A stretch of DNA of 64,000 nucleotides from Fimicolochytrium jonesii. Taxonomy: Eukaryota. The position numbers were made by a program, and so were the translations under genes. The stretch covers positions 248,001 through 312,000 of the forward strand of contig NW_026515693.1 of assembly GCF_025526975.1 (NCBI RefSeq). Direction: 5' to 3'. Every line of letters begins with the position of its first letter. Positions within the stretch are counted from its first letter, which is position 1. Below are positions 51,633-64,000 of the stretch, one piece after another. The notes beneath the pieces are model-generated. The model saw only the letters and a program-made list of their open reading frames with translations. It did no database searches and was not told the DNA's origin.

Positions 51633-53539
51633 TCAGATGATACAAGTCCTCGTATCCAACCCCCCCACCCTCCCCCTCCTCGAATTACAAATCTTCCAAA
51701 ACCGCAACGTCTCATCCCCGGCGCCAGTCACAATACTCTGCCCATCAGGACTCATCGCCAAATACACCACCCGGCTCACATGTCCCGTCAACGTCGCCGC
51801 TTCCTTTAATGTGTGCGACTGTGTTTTCCAAACCGTGATATGGTTGCGGGAGTAGCCGTGGGTGGAGATGAGGTGCTCGGTTTGCTTGCCCCAGGCGAGG
51901 TTGCAGACTTGGGAGTTGGTGTCGTGTTGGTGGGTGAGGGTTTGGGATTGGATGTTCCAGATTTTAATCTTGCGGTCCGCGGTGCCCCCGCCGGAGGCTA
52001 TTACGTTGGGCTGTTGGGGGTGGCGGCAGAGGGGTGAGTTTTGTGATCCTGTCATCCAGCGTTGCGATTGTAAGTGAGGTTTCAATTCATACCTTATGAG
52101 GCGACCAAGTCAAAGCCTTAACAGCCGCCGAATGCGGATGCTCCGGCGCCCACACGGGCGTTGTTAAATCCCGCTTATCCCAGATCAACAGCGCGTTATC
52201 ATTCCCGCCCGACGCCAATTGCCCGCCCTCGTAGTCCCATTTCAGTCCGCATACTTCTGCTGCATGTCGCTCAGATTTGCTTACGTGGCCGCCGCGCTTG
52301 ATGCGCGCGTCCCGGTGGTGGATGGATTTGTCGCGGGAGCCGGAGGAGAGGGTTTCGCCGTTCCAGGAGAGGGTGCCTGATGGATGGATCAGAACAGAGT
52401 GGTGGTAAACACATACGTACAAAGTAGCGGCTCACCAACTCGCTTCGTGTGCCCCTCAAACTCCCGGACCTTCTTCTCCTTCTCGATATCCCACAGCTGC
52501 ACCAATCCCGTATCGGTTCCAATGGCCAGATGCGTTCCCTGCAATGAATGGGGGGGTTAGCCTTCCAGTGAACATGAGCAACTACGTGCTGAATATGCAG
52601 ACGAAGTCTTACCTTTTGCATCCATGCGACGGACGTGATGGTGTCGTTGGCACCGAGGTCGCACAGTTTTGTTACCTGAAATAGATCGATATGCGAGTCA
52701 GTGGCAAATATTGCTGACTCCCTTGTTCTGGGATTTTCGTTGCCTTACCTTGCTGCTCGCGGCACTCCATAGATAGACGCACGAACCGAGGCCAACGCCC
52801 AGTATGTCGGTAAACGACCAGTCGATGAGGTTCAAATAGTAGTCATCCTATCGAATCAAACATGAAGACGGCATCAGAACCCAACCATCCGAGCTAACAA
52901 ACCAAAATCCACCACAAACAGACCAACCTGCAAATCCGGCGCATCCAAGATCTTATAAGGACTCTGCGGAATTTCCCACGTCCCCTTCTGCGTCGAGACC
53001 AGCGCCGAGCGACTTGCCGCCGACAGGAGCGATCGCGTGAATTTCGAGTCGTTCGGGCTGGGCGCGGTGTTCTGGTGGCGGGGGAGGATGGCGGGCGTTG
53101 CGAGGAGCCGGCCGCGTTTTGTGGGCGAGGCGTCGAGGATTTCGTTGGAGAGGACGTTGGAGAATGTGTCTTCTGGTTCGTCTGGTTAATATCGTGTGTC
53201 AATGTTGTTGGGACCGAATGCGGTTCTCTAGAATCTTATTTACATACCATCGTCATCATGGACAAAAGCACTCGGCATCTGCCTGTTCCTCATCGGTGAC
53301 CGCATCGCATATGCCGAGGCATGCTTATTTGGCGACGTCATGGTGGTCCTGCTCGGGCTGACCATATAATCTATGGTCCGTTTCCTCGGGGTAGTGGGCA
53401 TTGGTGATCGTGCGGCGGCGTGAAAGCTGGATGATAAGGAAGCGTGGGAGGAATAGACCTGCTCTCCTTGCGTGGGCATCGGGATGGTGGGTGGTGGGGT
53501 TGTGCGGCCAGAGGCTTGCTCGGTGGCGTGAGAATCCAT
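51633..53539 (-). CDS. Cdh1/Fizzy-related APC/C coactivator-like WD40 protein (atypical termini), multi-exon
   Basis: [83 protein letters not shown]. Confidence 0.9.
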
Positions 53540-54069
53540 GTTGGGCTGATGTAGGTTTTGTTTGCTTATTTGTTATGCTCGATAGACTGAAGACGCAGAC
53601 CCGCAGCGCTCCTTCTCTTTCTCTTCTGCCAGCTAGCCCAGCAAGTGCTCAATGGTGCAAATATCGCCCGATGCGTCTAATCTGCCTTGACAAGGCAAAA
53701 TGGCTCCACCCAACTGCGAGTTCAGCTGCTTAACCTCTCTCGAGAAACATGCCCACAGAGTGGGCGGCACGGTGAAGTACGGTCCAATCCGCACAACGAT
53801 CAGCAATGAGCACTGTCTCTGCTAAATAGTCTCTCGGCGCAAGGGGCGCCGTCGTTCACTCTCGGAGTGAGAGGGAACTGATCGCACCGCTGTCGGATTT
53901 GGCGACTGGTGTTTCTCCTAGAACAGGGACAGCGCTTCTCCCCTCCCCACGTTTCGTTCCCAGACAGGTTCTCGGACAGCACTCTCTCAACAGCCGGCAG
54001 AAGGGCTTCGAAGTGTTGTGGCGTCTGCTTTATTCTTCTTGTTCACTGGAATGCTGCACGAGCGCTTCG

Positions 54070-54089
54070 AACTTTTCGCGCGAGAAGTT
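54070..54089. promoter_or_regulatory. Near-palindromic E2F/SCB-type site in the Cdh1-like/SKA2 divergent promoter
   Basis: AACTTTTCGCGCGAGAAGTT contains TTTCGCGC on plus and CGCGAAA on minus; ACGCGT at 54260 and 54292. Confidence 0.45.
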
Positions 54090-54466
54090 GATTTCAAAGC
54101 CGGGAGTTGTCCTTTCCGAGAGCGGATGCTTTCAGGCGACAGAGCGGGGCGAGTATGTGCGGTGGATAACTACGACGGGCTGCGAGCGAGAGAGTGCGAG
54201 CGAGAGATCTCTGCCTGTCTCCACCAGCCACAGAACAATAGTCAAGAGCGTGGGAACTAACGCGTGGAGGGACAGGGGCTCGCTGACTCGCACGCGTTCA
54301 TGCCTTCCTCCAACAAGAGGCACAGCAGGCTGCATAAGAAACCGCTGGTTCGCTGCACTTATCCGACTTAACAGACAAGCCTGTTTCTCACCCCCTTTCT
54401 CCCTTTTATATCCACCACCGCACTGAACAAGCTCGATCGCCAGCCCCACTCCACCAACCCTCAAAA

Positions 54467-55214
54467 ATGGAATCATCCCTCCGCTCCCTCCGCACAGCCC
54501 TCGAAAAAGCCTCAAAAGACCTCGACTTTCTATCCGCAAACCTAGACGCGGACTTCACTGCTGCTACTGTCATCCAACAGCAGCAGCCGGGACGAAGGCG
54601 ATCAAAGACGACTGGGAACGAAAAGGGGAGGAAGGTTGCTACTCCGCCTGTGTTGCTGAGGAGATTGGACGCGTACGTTCCGGGGTGGGATGAGAGGGTT
54701 GTGGGATGATCTTGGGTGGGATCCTGTAGGCCCGAAGCGAGCATCGGTCCTTTTTCTTTGCAAGCGGACGCTAGCGACGCATTCGTTTGACGTGGTTCGC
54801 GAGGAGGCTGAGGAAAGCCCACTAATGTATGCCGGATCCCCTCTCCCCTCTTTCTCCCTTCAGGTTAGAAAAAGCCGTGAAGAAACTACGTGTAGAAGCC
54901 GCCGAGGTCGCCCAGGCCAAAGCTGTAAGTCCCTACCCTTAAGAGTCAACATACGAACATGTTATATTCAATTTATTCCTACAGGCATTCGCAGCAGAAG
55001 CCCTCCTCAAAATAACCGAAAACAAAGCACTGTTGGACCAGCTTTCTTTTGGTGCACAGGTCGAGGTAATTTTTACTCGGTAAGGGGAACCATGCATGGA
55101 ACCCATGTGTTTTCTTACGCCGTTACTCCGATTTTTCGATAGCCTGACGACGAAACAGCTGGATCAGTTGAGCGGTTCGAGCAAATGGCCGCGGTGTATG
55201 CGCAGGGTAGATAG
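54467..55214 (+). CDS. SKA2: Ska2-like spindle/kinetochore protein, 4 exons
   Basis: MESSLRSLRTALEKASKDLDFLSANLDADF...TPPVLLRRLDA|LEKAVKKLRVEAAEVAQAKA|AFAAE... parallels Ska2 (KAxxDLDxI...NPxxLLxxL plus coiled coil); three introns join in phase to TAG 55212-55214. Confidence 0.75.
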
Positions 55215-55592
55215 ATAGGTGGGGCGCGGATGCGGGGTCGTTCGCGGTCTTGGTTGGAATGGGGATTACGGTTTGAGATCCAGGGATGCCTTCCATCGGA
55301 AGGTAAACCACACCCTCGGTCCATCTCACACAACAACAAACGCACTCAATCTTTGTACTGTACTCTCTGCAGGTCGGAGGGTCCGTCATCCTACATGTAT
55401 ATAGAAAGGGCTAAATGTGTGACAGACAAACGAGGGCGTATATAAATGAAGGGTGGTGTTATTTTATCTATGCACAAGGAGGTTTCATGGGTCGCTGCGC
55501 TAGAGAAGTGGTGTGTCACTAGGCTGGGACTAGATTCATATAAACTGTGGGTGGGGTGTTGGGATGGGAAGGGTTGAGAGTGTGGTCCGAGT

Positions 55593-57524
55593 TTAACGCC
55601 TTTCCATGTTGGAGGCGATGTCTAATATGGGATAGGAGAGATTAATATCGATATTCCAAACCCGTTTTGCAGAGTATCAAGATCCATTGTCCTTACCTTC
55701 ATACTTGTTGATGTTCCTGATGAACCAGTCTCCGACACGGCGTCCGGGCTTGCTCTCCGCAATGTAGATCAAGTCCTGAATCACACGGTCATCGTCAGCA
55801 AAGGGAGATCACGCCAGTCAATCGCTCGAAACCAGCAATCACGCACCTGCTTCAAGTAAAAGTCCAAATCCGTAGTAGGTCCAAACTCTCCCTCCAGCAC
55901 GCTCCCAGACTCGTACCGCCGTTGCCTCGTCTTATGCTTAAACACCAACAACTGAGTGCGCACATCATCCACAGGCAAGTCCAAGAACGCCGCCAGCTTC
56001 TCCACTCCAAGCGTGGTGTACAGCTTCAAGAACGATCGAATGGTAGGCACCATCAGCTGGGTGCGCACCTCCGCAATGAAAACGCGCAACTGGTGACGCT
56101 GGGGCTCGGCATTAGAGTTGGTGGCAACGTCGTAGTCCGGGGGCACTGGGGAAATGAACTTGGGGCAGGCAAAGTTGAACAGCTCCTCGAAGATGGGGAG
56201 ACCCTCTTCGCCCTTCTGCATCTTGATAGACTGCTCGCCGTACTTTTCCCTCATGGCGGTGTGAACGTTCTCGTCGACGCGTTGCGGGGACAGGGCGACG
56301 GACATGGCGAGGAGGGCGTACATCTGCTCGGATTTTTTGGAGATGGCGTCGAATTGGTACGAGCGGGTGTGGTACTGCTTTGTCCGGGAGACAAAGAGCA
56401 GGATGTGCGCGAAGGCTTTGATGGCGTCCGAGTACCGGCGCATCATCATGTAGGCGAACCCGACGTAGTAGTAAGTCGTGACGTGGCACGCCGTGACGCG
56501 CGCAAAGAGACCCTTCTTGTTCAACTCGACGTTCTCCATCGTCTTCAGGGCCAGCACGTAGTCGCCCAACAGGCAGTGAACGCGGAGGAGACCGATGATG
56601 GAGAAGTAGCCCAGTAACCGGTACAGCGGGCGGGATCCAAACTCGCCGGCGGCCTCCATCATGTCGCCGCCGTTCTTGCTGACAAGCAGCTGCTCGTTGA
56701 TGCGCGACTTTTGGATCAGGGAGTACAGGACGTTCAAGACGTTGTGCACGTTCCACACGTCCGGGCGTTCCTTCAACAGCTCAATTTCGACCTCGCTCTT
56801 CGATTGGACTTTGCTGCGGTAGATGCAGAAGGCCTGGAACTGGTAGATGAACTCGTCTATGATGTCCCACAACCACTGGTTGGGGAGCTCGAGGTCGCTG
56901 GGTTCCGCGGACGAGTTGAGGATGTAGTTGAAGAGATCGCAGTAGTTGCTGTAGGATCCGATGCGGTCTTCGATGGTGGGAGTCAGCTTCGAGTAGATGT
57001 GCCTGTAGTACAGCTCGCGGTAGAGAATCAGGAAAACAGGATCTACAATCGGTGACACTCGGTTTAGCCTTTTGTTCGCCCCAATTTTCCAAGCCCTCCA
57101 AGGAGGCTGCAACCCTCTCTTCACCAACTAACCCTCATCAACAAGAGTAGCGACCGCATCCGGCTCAGGCCAGTGGCTCTTCGGGAAGAACTTCTCCGTC
57201 AGTTTGTTCCAGCCATTCTCATAGATAGCGTGCAGATCCCACGTGTTCCTCTCAGTCACATTCCGGTGGAAGTGGATAATGAAGTTGCGAACAACATCGG
57301 GGATCTGGACCTCCTGCTGAGTGAAGTTGGCGTTCTGACTGTCGGGGCTGTAGTCGAGCTCTTCGTCGGCAAACTCGTCGCCGGTGTAGACCGTCGGAAG
57401 CTCGACTTCCTCGGCGCGGACTTCGTCCTGAATTGCGAAAATGAGTAGATCAGTTTACTGAGCGGCGGCTGGTCCGGTAGGGTGTACAGCGACATACCTC
57501 GTCGTAAGGTTCCTGGTATGACAT
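55593..57524 (-). CDS. EIF3L: Translation initiation factor eIF3 subunit L, multi-exon
   Basis: FLILYRELYYRHIY, LELPNQWLWDIIDEFIYQFQ, LGYFSIIGLLRVHCLLGDY, FEELFNFACPKFISP. Confidence 0.96.
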
Positions 57525-58583
57525 GGCTGCCTGTTTCACCGCCGTTGCTGTGAGGAAACGAGGGTAATGGGATATTCAGCGTTGCCCAGTTTTTCTGCGG
57601 TATGTCCATCCAGCGATTCTTGTCCACATTGAATTACGGTCACGTGCACTCGCGGTTTATATACGAACCAACGCCTGAGTTCGACTGAACGGACACCTCA
57701 TCACCGTTCAGACCCGACTAGACATACCTTCGAGTCCACTGCTGCGTCAGAAAGCTGCATCGGAGGTGAGTGGCCTTTCAGTACACGCATCTTGACTGAA
57801 TGCTCCTGAGATTGGACGGAAGATGTTCTCTAGCGCGCGTGGACGCAGTTCGACAATCCCATGTGCACTTGTCCGATCTGGAGACTCACCTCCTGGCCAG
57901 ACCGCCTTCGCATTATGCGAAGGTCGCGGAACTGCTAGCGGGCCGTGCTTGGTTGTAACGAGATTGGCACCGATTATCTCTGTGATGCATTGTTGCGCAG
58001 AGCGGACGCCTCGCTCTGACTTTTTCTTTCCATCCAACTTCTATGCCCTTTGCGTACGAGCAAAACTGGATTCCAGGACGCCTTGCCTTGGTGTGATTTT
58101 CTTTTTCGGTATGTTCGTCATCTCTAATACTGTTGATAACTCCTCGACAGATGATGCAGACACATCTCCCTGGATGGAAGGCAAAAGAGGCTCGCCGGAT
58201 GGGTGGCAAGTCGGGTTTGAGCACGGGGACGCCGAATGGAAAGTCTAAGTGTACCCACGAGACACCGTACCATCTTCGCGACGGTCTCCGTGAAGCGCCA
58301 ATGATGAAGCGTCAATGAACAAGTGTGCATGTACTGTATTCTACTGTATGCAACCCTCTATTCCATCGTTGACCGTGCCATGGCCCATGGTGCATGCAGT
58401 ATGTGAAGCCCCGCGTGAGATGCGCGGCGTGACGCAGACGCGTTGCGTTTTCCGCTTTTCCCTTTTTTATGCAGCCCTTGCCGAAGTGGCCCTTGCGGTT
58501 GCACTTAACGCATCTCTAAATATAAGGCCAGCAAGATATACTATTGCCCGCAGTAAGCTACCGGCCCTTTGAGCAGTCCAACC

Positions 58584-61500
58584 ATGACCGCCGCTACTCC
58601 AACGCAGCAGCCGATCTATATCAACGATGCGGTCAACTCGGTCGTCGCCGCCGACGTTTTGGAGGACATGGTGGGGCAGGACGTCTCCCGCGTCCTTATC
58701 ATCTACACTGGAGGCACTATCGGAATGAAGAACACACCTGAGCACGGCTACCGACCCGAACCCGGCTATCTCTCGAAGACACTGGCGCAAATGGTGCGCT
58801 TCCACGACCCAATTGGGTTCGCAGCGCAAACCTCGGGGCGGGGCGGGAACTTGGATAGCGAGGCGTCCCAATATCCTTTGACGAATGCGGTTAATGTGCC
58901 CCTACGACTGCCGCGGGCGGATGGCAAAGTCTCGGCAAGCGGGGATCATGCCAACCATCCAATCATTAATGGGACGCCGGTGGTGAGAGTGAGGAAACCG
59001 GCTTTAATTACGCCGCCTTCGCTTTATGGGAAACGGATCAGATATTCCATTCTGGAGTATGAGCCGCTTCTCGATAGGTCCGTCGAATGCGTTTGGGGGG
59101 TGCGCCCTGACTGGCGGGGCGTCACGAAAGGAGAGCTCACAACTGTGCCCCTTCAGTTCAAACATGGTCATGAACGACTGGGTGAAGATCGCCACCGACA
59201 TCGAGGTCAACTACACATTGTTTGACGCATTCATAGTGCTCCATGGGACCGACACCATGGCTTTCACGGCTAGCGCGTTGAGCTTCATGCTCGAGAATCT
59301 TGGAAAGACGGTGATCCTGAGCGGGTCTCAGGTACCACCACCGGCTTTGCAGCCCTATTGTAGGAACTGGACTAATGCGTGAAAATAGGTGCCGCTATCC
59401 GAACTTCGTAACGACGCCGTCGACAACGTACTTGGGGCTCTGACGATTGCTGGTAACGTGCCATCCCCTCCTTCGGCTTGCCCTTTATATGGCCTTACTG
59501 ACCCAGCTGCGTCACTTTCGTGCAGGGCACTTTGTGATTCCGGAAGTCGGGCTCTTCTTCAATAACAAGTTCTACAGAGGCAACCGATCCTCGAAAGTTG
59601 ATGCGGTAGACTTCAACGCGTTCGATTCTCCAAATCTACGGCCGTTAGTGAATGTGGGGATCAACATCGGTAAGGCTGTCCTCCGCTAGCCACGGACCTT
59701 CAATAAAGTTGGCGTGATCTGATCTGACCGGCTGCGTCGCAGATGTGTCATGGGAGGATGTCCTAAGGCCTACAGCCATCGCCAGATTCCAAGCGCACAA
59801 AGTAATGGAACCGTCCGTAGCCACCCTCCGGTTGTTTCCCGGCATCACGGAAGCCACTGTCAGGGCTTTCCTGTCGCCGCCCATCAAGGGTGTTGTCTTG
59901 GAGACGTATGTTTGATGCATTTGCGACGTCGCGATCAAATGTCCGTGGACTCATGGATCTGCTCCCAGCTACGGATCTGGCAACGCACCAAACAACCGAC
60001 AGGATATTCTGACAGCGTTCAGGGAAGCAAGTGATCGAGGAGTAGTCATAGTCAACTGGTGAGTGCCTTGCTCTTCCGAATCCTTCGAGTACCGGGGACG
60101 TTCGGTTGATTGTCTGATGTCAGTCATTAGCACGCAGGTTGGTCGTCAAATGGATACTTTTTGCTGCGGATGGGGTCATTGAGTCTAAATGGGTCGCATG
60201 CAGTGCAAGCGAGGACTGGTAACAGATCTGTACGCCACGGGAAAAGCGCTTCTACAAGTTGGGGTAGTTCCGGGTAGGTTGGTCGTTTGTCTTTTGCATA
60301 TGAAAGCGGTTCACGACTGATGCACTGTTGTATTCGCAGGAGCGGACATGACGCCAGAGGTACATTATCAGAAAATTCCATTCCTTACAGTCCCGCGTTC
60401 TGACAATTCATCAACTTCCAGTGCGCACTAACCAAACTCAGTTACCTCCTCGGCAAACACTACACCCCCCACGAATGCCGCAACCTCATCCGCCGCAACC
60501 TCCGCGGCGAACTGACAGTCCTCTCCCGCAGACAACGCTTCACCTACCAACAAGGCGCGCAAGGGCTCGTCCATTCCGTCATGTCCCTGCTGGGCGTCGT
60601 GCCTCCCTCGGTGGTGAAGAACGAGGATGCCAATGACAAGGCGAAGGAACCGGACGCGAATCTGCCGGCGGTTGAGAAAACGCTCGTGCCGATTCTGATG
60701 TGCCAGGCGGCGAAGATTGGGGATATTGAGGGGTTGCAGTCGTTGATTGAGGATTATTATCCGTTGATTAATCATGGGGATTATGATGGGCGGGTGAGTC
60801 GTCTGGCATCGCTGGACCTCCTTTGTGACGTGCCGGGGGTTGAGTGCCTACCGCTAACACCGTATGTACATAGACACCACTACACATCGCCTGCAGTGAG
60901 AACCAAAAAGCCAGTGTAGAATTTCTGCTCCTCCACGGTGCCAACGTGCATCTCCGCGATCGCTTCGGGCATTCTGCGCTCTGGGACGCCGTGAGATCAC
61001 GCCGCCCGGCGATCGCGAAACTGTTGAGGGAGGCGGGTGCGCATTTCTCGGAAGAGGAGTTGGAGGAGGCTGCTGCGAAGTTGTTCAGGTGGGTGTCGTT
61101 TTGTCTCGATGGTTGGATATGTGGTTGGGAACCGGGGTAGATTTCCGATTGCTGCTGCGGTCCCTTTCCGGTTTGGCTCATTGGATTCGTTCATCTCTGC
61201 AGTGCGGTGCTGAAGGATGATCTAGAGCTATTCAAATTCTTTGTCGGCGCTGGAGCGGACCTCAACAAACCTGTTCATGACGGAAGAACGTCGCTGCATA
61301 TGGTACGTCGAACAAGATCCTTTTTGACCGTAGCCGCGTAGGTCAACCATCGACATCGGCTGAAACACATCCGCGCCCCATTCACAGGTCTGTCGCGCAA
61401 AACGAACCCCCATCCTAAACTACATCATCGACCACGCCGTCGAAGTCGCCCAGAAAAACACCCTCGCCTTCTCCGACGACCGCGCCACCCCACCCATCAC

Positions 61501-61864
61501 CACCGACTCCCCAACAGCACCCATAGCCACACAATCACCACCCTCCCCCAAACTCAAACGCCCACCAACCCCAATCACCCCAACCTGGCACCGTCCCGCA
61601 TCCCCACTCTCCGCTCACCCCACCCGCAACAACTCCAACGGGGCAACAACACCCGCCAACGCTCTCCCCCCTACACGCGACGTGCCGCCGTCGTGGGTGG
61701 AGGTACTCCTGGACCCGGTGGATGATTGGGGCGCCACGCCGCTCGAGGAGGCGCGCGAGGCGGGCGAGGAGGGGAAGGAGATTGTGAGACTGTTGAGTGA
61801 GGGGATGGAGAGGGTGAAGGCGGTTAGGGCCGGTGCGGTGAAGGTAGATGGTGTCAGTGCGTAA
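58584..61864 (+). CDS. ASPG: Type I L-asparaginase / 60-kDa lysophospholipase with C-terminal ankyrin repeats, multi-exon
   Basis: [47 protein letters not shown], ankyrin repeats DYDGRTPLH and DDWGATPL. Confidence 0.93.
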
Positions 61865-64000
61865 GATTAGATTTCGTTGGTATCGTGTGGGAGGTTTCAT
61901 CTTGCTGCCTGTGACTCCCCAATGCCGGTGTATTTATTAGCGGATTGCATGCCTTGCGTACATAGCTTGTGCAGATGGGAACACATTAGATATATGCTGA
62001 CATTTACATATCACTTTGACGATGCATTGATTGGCGGGTAACATATTAGCATATGCAGCTCAAAGCATCAAGGACCTTTCTTTGCCATCTCTATCAGCTT
62101 CTTTGGCCAGATTGGGGCGTCAGGCGCTACTGAACTTATCGCATCAAGACTCAAGACAGGATTTCGTCAGTGACACGGCCACGAGGAGGAAACGGATTAC
62201 TAGTTAAAAGCTGTTGAAGTCCTTTCTACAGGGGCTGACTGTGATAGGGACAGTACGCGCAAGTCCTCAGTGGGAGTCTTCTATGCACTAAACGAGAACG
62301 AACTGCAATGATACGCCGGATCCTCGTTACGGTCCCAGTAAACAGGGTGACGTGAAGAGCCACGACGGGGGCCTGAAGGGCCGGCCCTGAGGGAAGGTCT
62401 TAGGATGTGTTAGTCGTTCAATCATGCGCCAGTGTTTCCGAAAAGGTGCCAGTAGCGTAGGCTCCTCAGTTGCGATGAAGCCACTCCATATGTGCGTAAA
62501 TCGGTGGCAGAACCTTAATCACGTCTTGCAGTGCAGTGGCCTCCTAATCGATTTGGAGGAAAGGACCACTCCATTTCGATTCGATCTCGTCCGGATAGTC
62601 GCCTGCCCAAACTTGCAGGTCGATGTCAATGTAACCGGACACCGCCGCTCACTCCAATTCCTTCAGTGTCTTACCATGCACTTGTTTGTTATAGACCGGA
62701 AACTTTCCGGCGGTTCCTGCTGAAAGCAAAGCGCCGCAAGCCATTTTCTCACGAAAGGGGTCCTCCTCTGCTCTGGCTTGCGGAACGCCCTTGCCAAGGT
62801 AGCCTCGTAAACGGACACTAAAGACCCACCGTCAATCATGGCGGGAACGAACTGTGACAATATGCACCACACTTCGAGGTTCGTGAAGCGACCATCCAGC
62901 TGTGGACTTATCCGCAGATCAGGACACCGGCCCAGCAATACACGCAGGGATCGATTCCGCTTAACCGATATTGATTCTCCATCGTTCTCATGGCGCTTTT
63001 CAACTCATTTAGAGCGAGCCTCGACGCCGCATATTCGATCGTGTCCCTGATTGCATTGGGATAGTGTGCGGAGAGTAGAGCATCTTTCGCGGCTCTACTC
63101 CTTGGACGGTGTTCACGGCCTGCCGATTTATCTGATCCGGCGGATCGCTGACCTCCGGTGCGCGATCTGCTCGACCTTCCGTTTCGGCCTTCATGGTGGC
63201 GATGTCCGCTTCCAGGATTTCGATCTCAGTGCCCTGAGATTCACTGTGTCGGCAAGTCACTGCATTTGCTCTCTGAGGTGCGCATGACTGCGTCTGCCAG
63301 TAGGTTCGCACGCTTCGCTGGATGCGTCTACTCCTTGTTACTCGGACATCGGTCATCGGCTAACGTCGCTGCGGTATGATTCAGGCCGGACGACGACTGG
63401 TTCGACCGCCACAGCTGGTCGCTTCTCTCGGTGCGCCATCCTTCACGTCCGTAGCAAGCATTGGGAAAGTCGAGCCCTGTTCCCACGGCCCCAGGAAAAT
63501 CGGACTGCGAATCGGACTTGATGCGAATCGGACTTTGCACATGAGGCTTGAGCTGCGACAGCGAGAAGAATTTTCGACATCAGAGCTGATTTTTGGCGGA
63601 CGCCTGTGAATGCACAAAGAAGCGCTCTTGTCCGGAAATCACCAAACTTCTTTGCTACTATGTACAGCATGTATGGCTACCAAAACTATCAAGAGCTACG
63701 CCGTTTCTTTCGTTTTTCTTTCCATAGCACAGGCGGGTGAGGGTACATATGCACACCGCTATCTTGAATGCAACAAATCGAACTTGAGATACTCTTCGCT
63801 TCCCCGGCGCTGTGAAGGCGCTAATTTTCGCTACCAGTGCGGGTAATTCTCGCAACACCGCAATCCCGCACAACGAGATAACCTCCCCCAAATCAACTTC
63901 CCTTACGTTTGGCGAGATAGCGGATTCGTGATTTCAATCAGTATATAATCCCCACGGTACAGCTGCGTGTTCAGCCAGACTTGATTCGATCATGGGTGGC

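Noticed and set aside
51625..51635. ATC CGA (Ile-Arg) right after the Cdh1-like TGA as a readthrough IR tail
   Set aside because: No stop follows IR, so it would not be C-terminal
54673..54863. Box C/D snoRNA in SKA2 intron 1
   Set aside because: No canonical RTGATGA C box and no recognisable guide
55922..57055. Plus-strand ORFs opposite eIF3L
   Set aside because: Antisense shadows

Overview
Intron-rich eukaryotic nuclear DNA, most likely from a flagellated, early-diverging fungus (chytrid-like). This is inferred from axonemal dynein intermediate chains sitting alongside fungal genes such as PHO81/NUC-2, low-molecular-weight thioredoxin reductase and a Snx41/Atg20 remnant. I reconstructed about 21 protein genes by manually joining GT-AG exons; several are not visible as single ORFs (DJ-1, Cbp6/UQCC2, ATP15, SKA2). 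The window also holds one tRNA-Ala(AGC), a 717-bp non-autonomous Mutator-like element with TIRs and an 8-bp TSD, and at least two decayed gene fragments. The most notable items are: an animal-like cell-cycle set (cyclin E-like, SKA2-like, and a Cdh1 paralog lacking C-box and IR tail, with an E2F/SCB palindrome between Cdh1 and SKA2); a head-to-head pair of dynein IC genes in a ciliary cluster; an in-frame upstream ATG of tRNase Z blocked by one leaky-context TGA; a structured GNA-hairpin fold-back insert in a transporter intron that can pair with its own 5' splice site; and an inverted tRNA-Ala 5' fragment flanking a Gly-rich/RanBP2-zinc-finger relic. All family assignments come from motif recognition by eye, not database searches, and exon boundaries are predictions.
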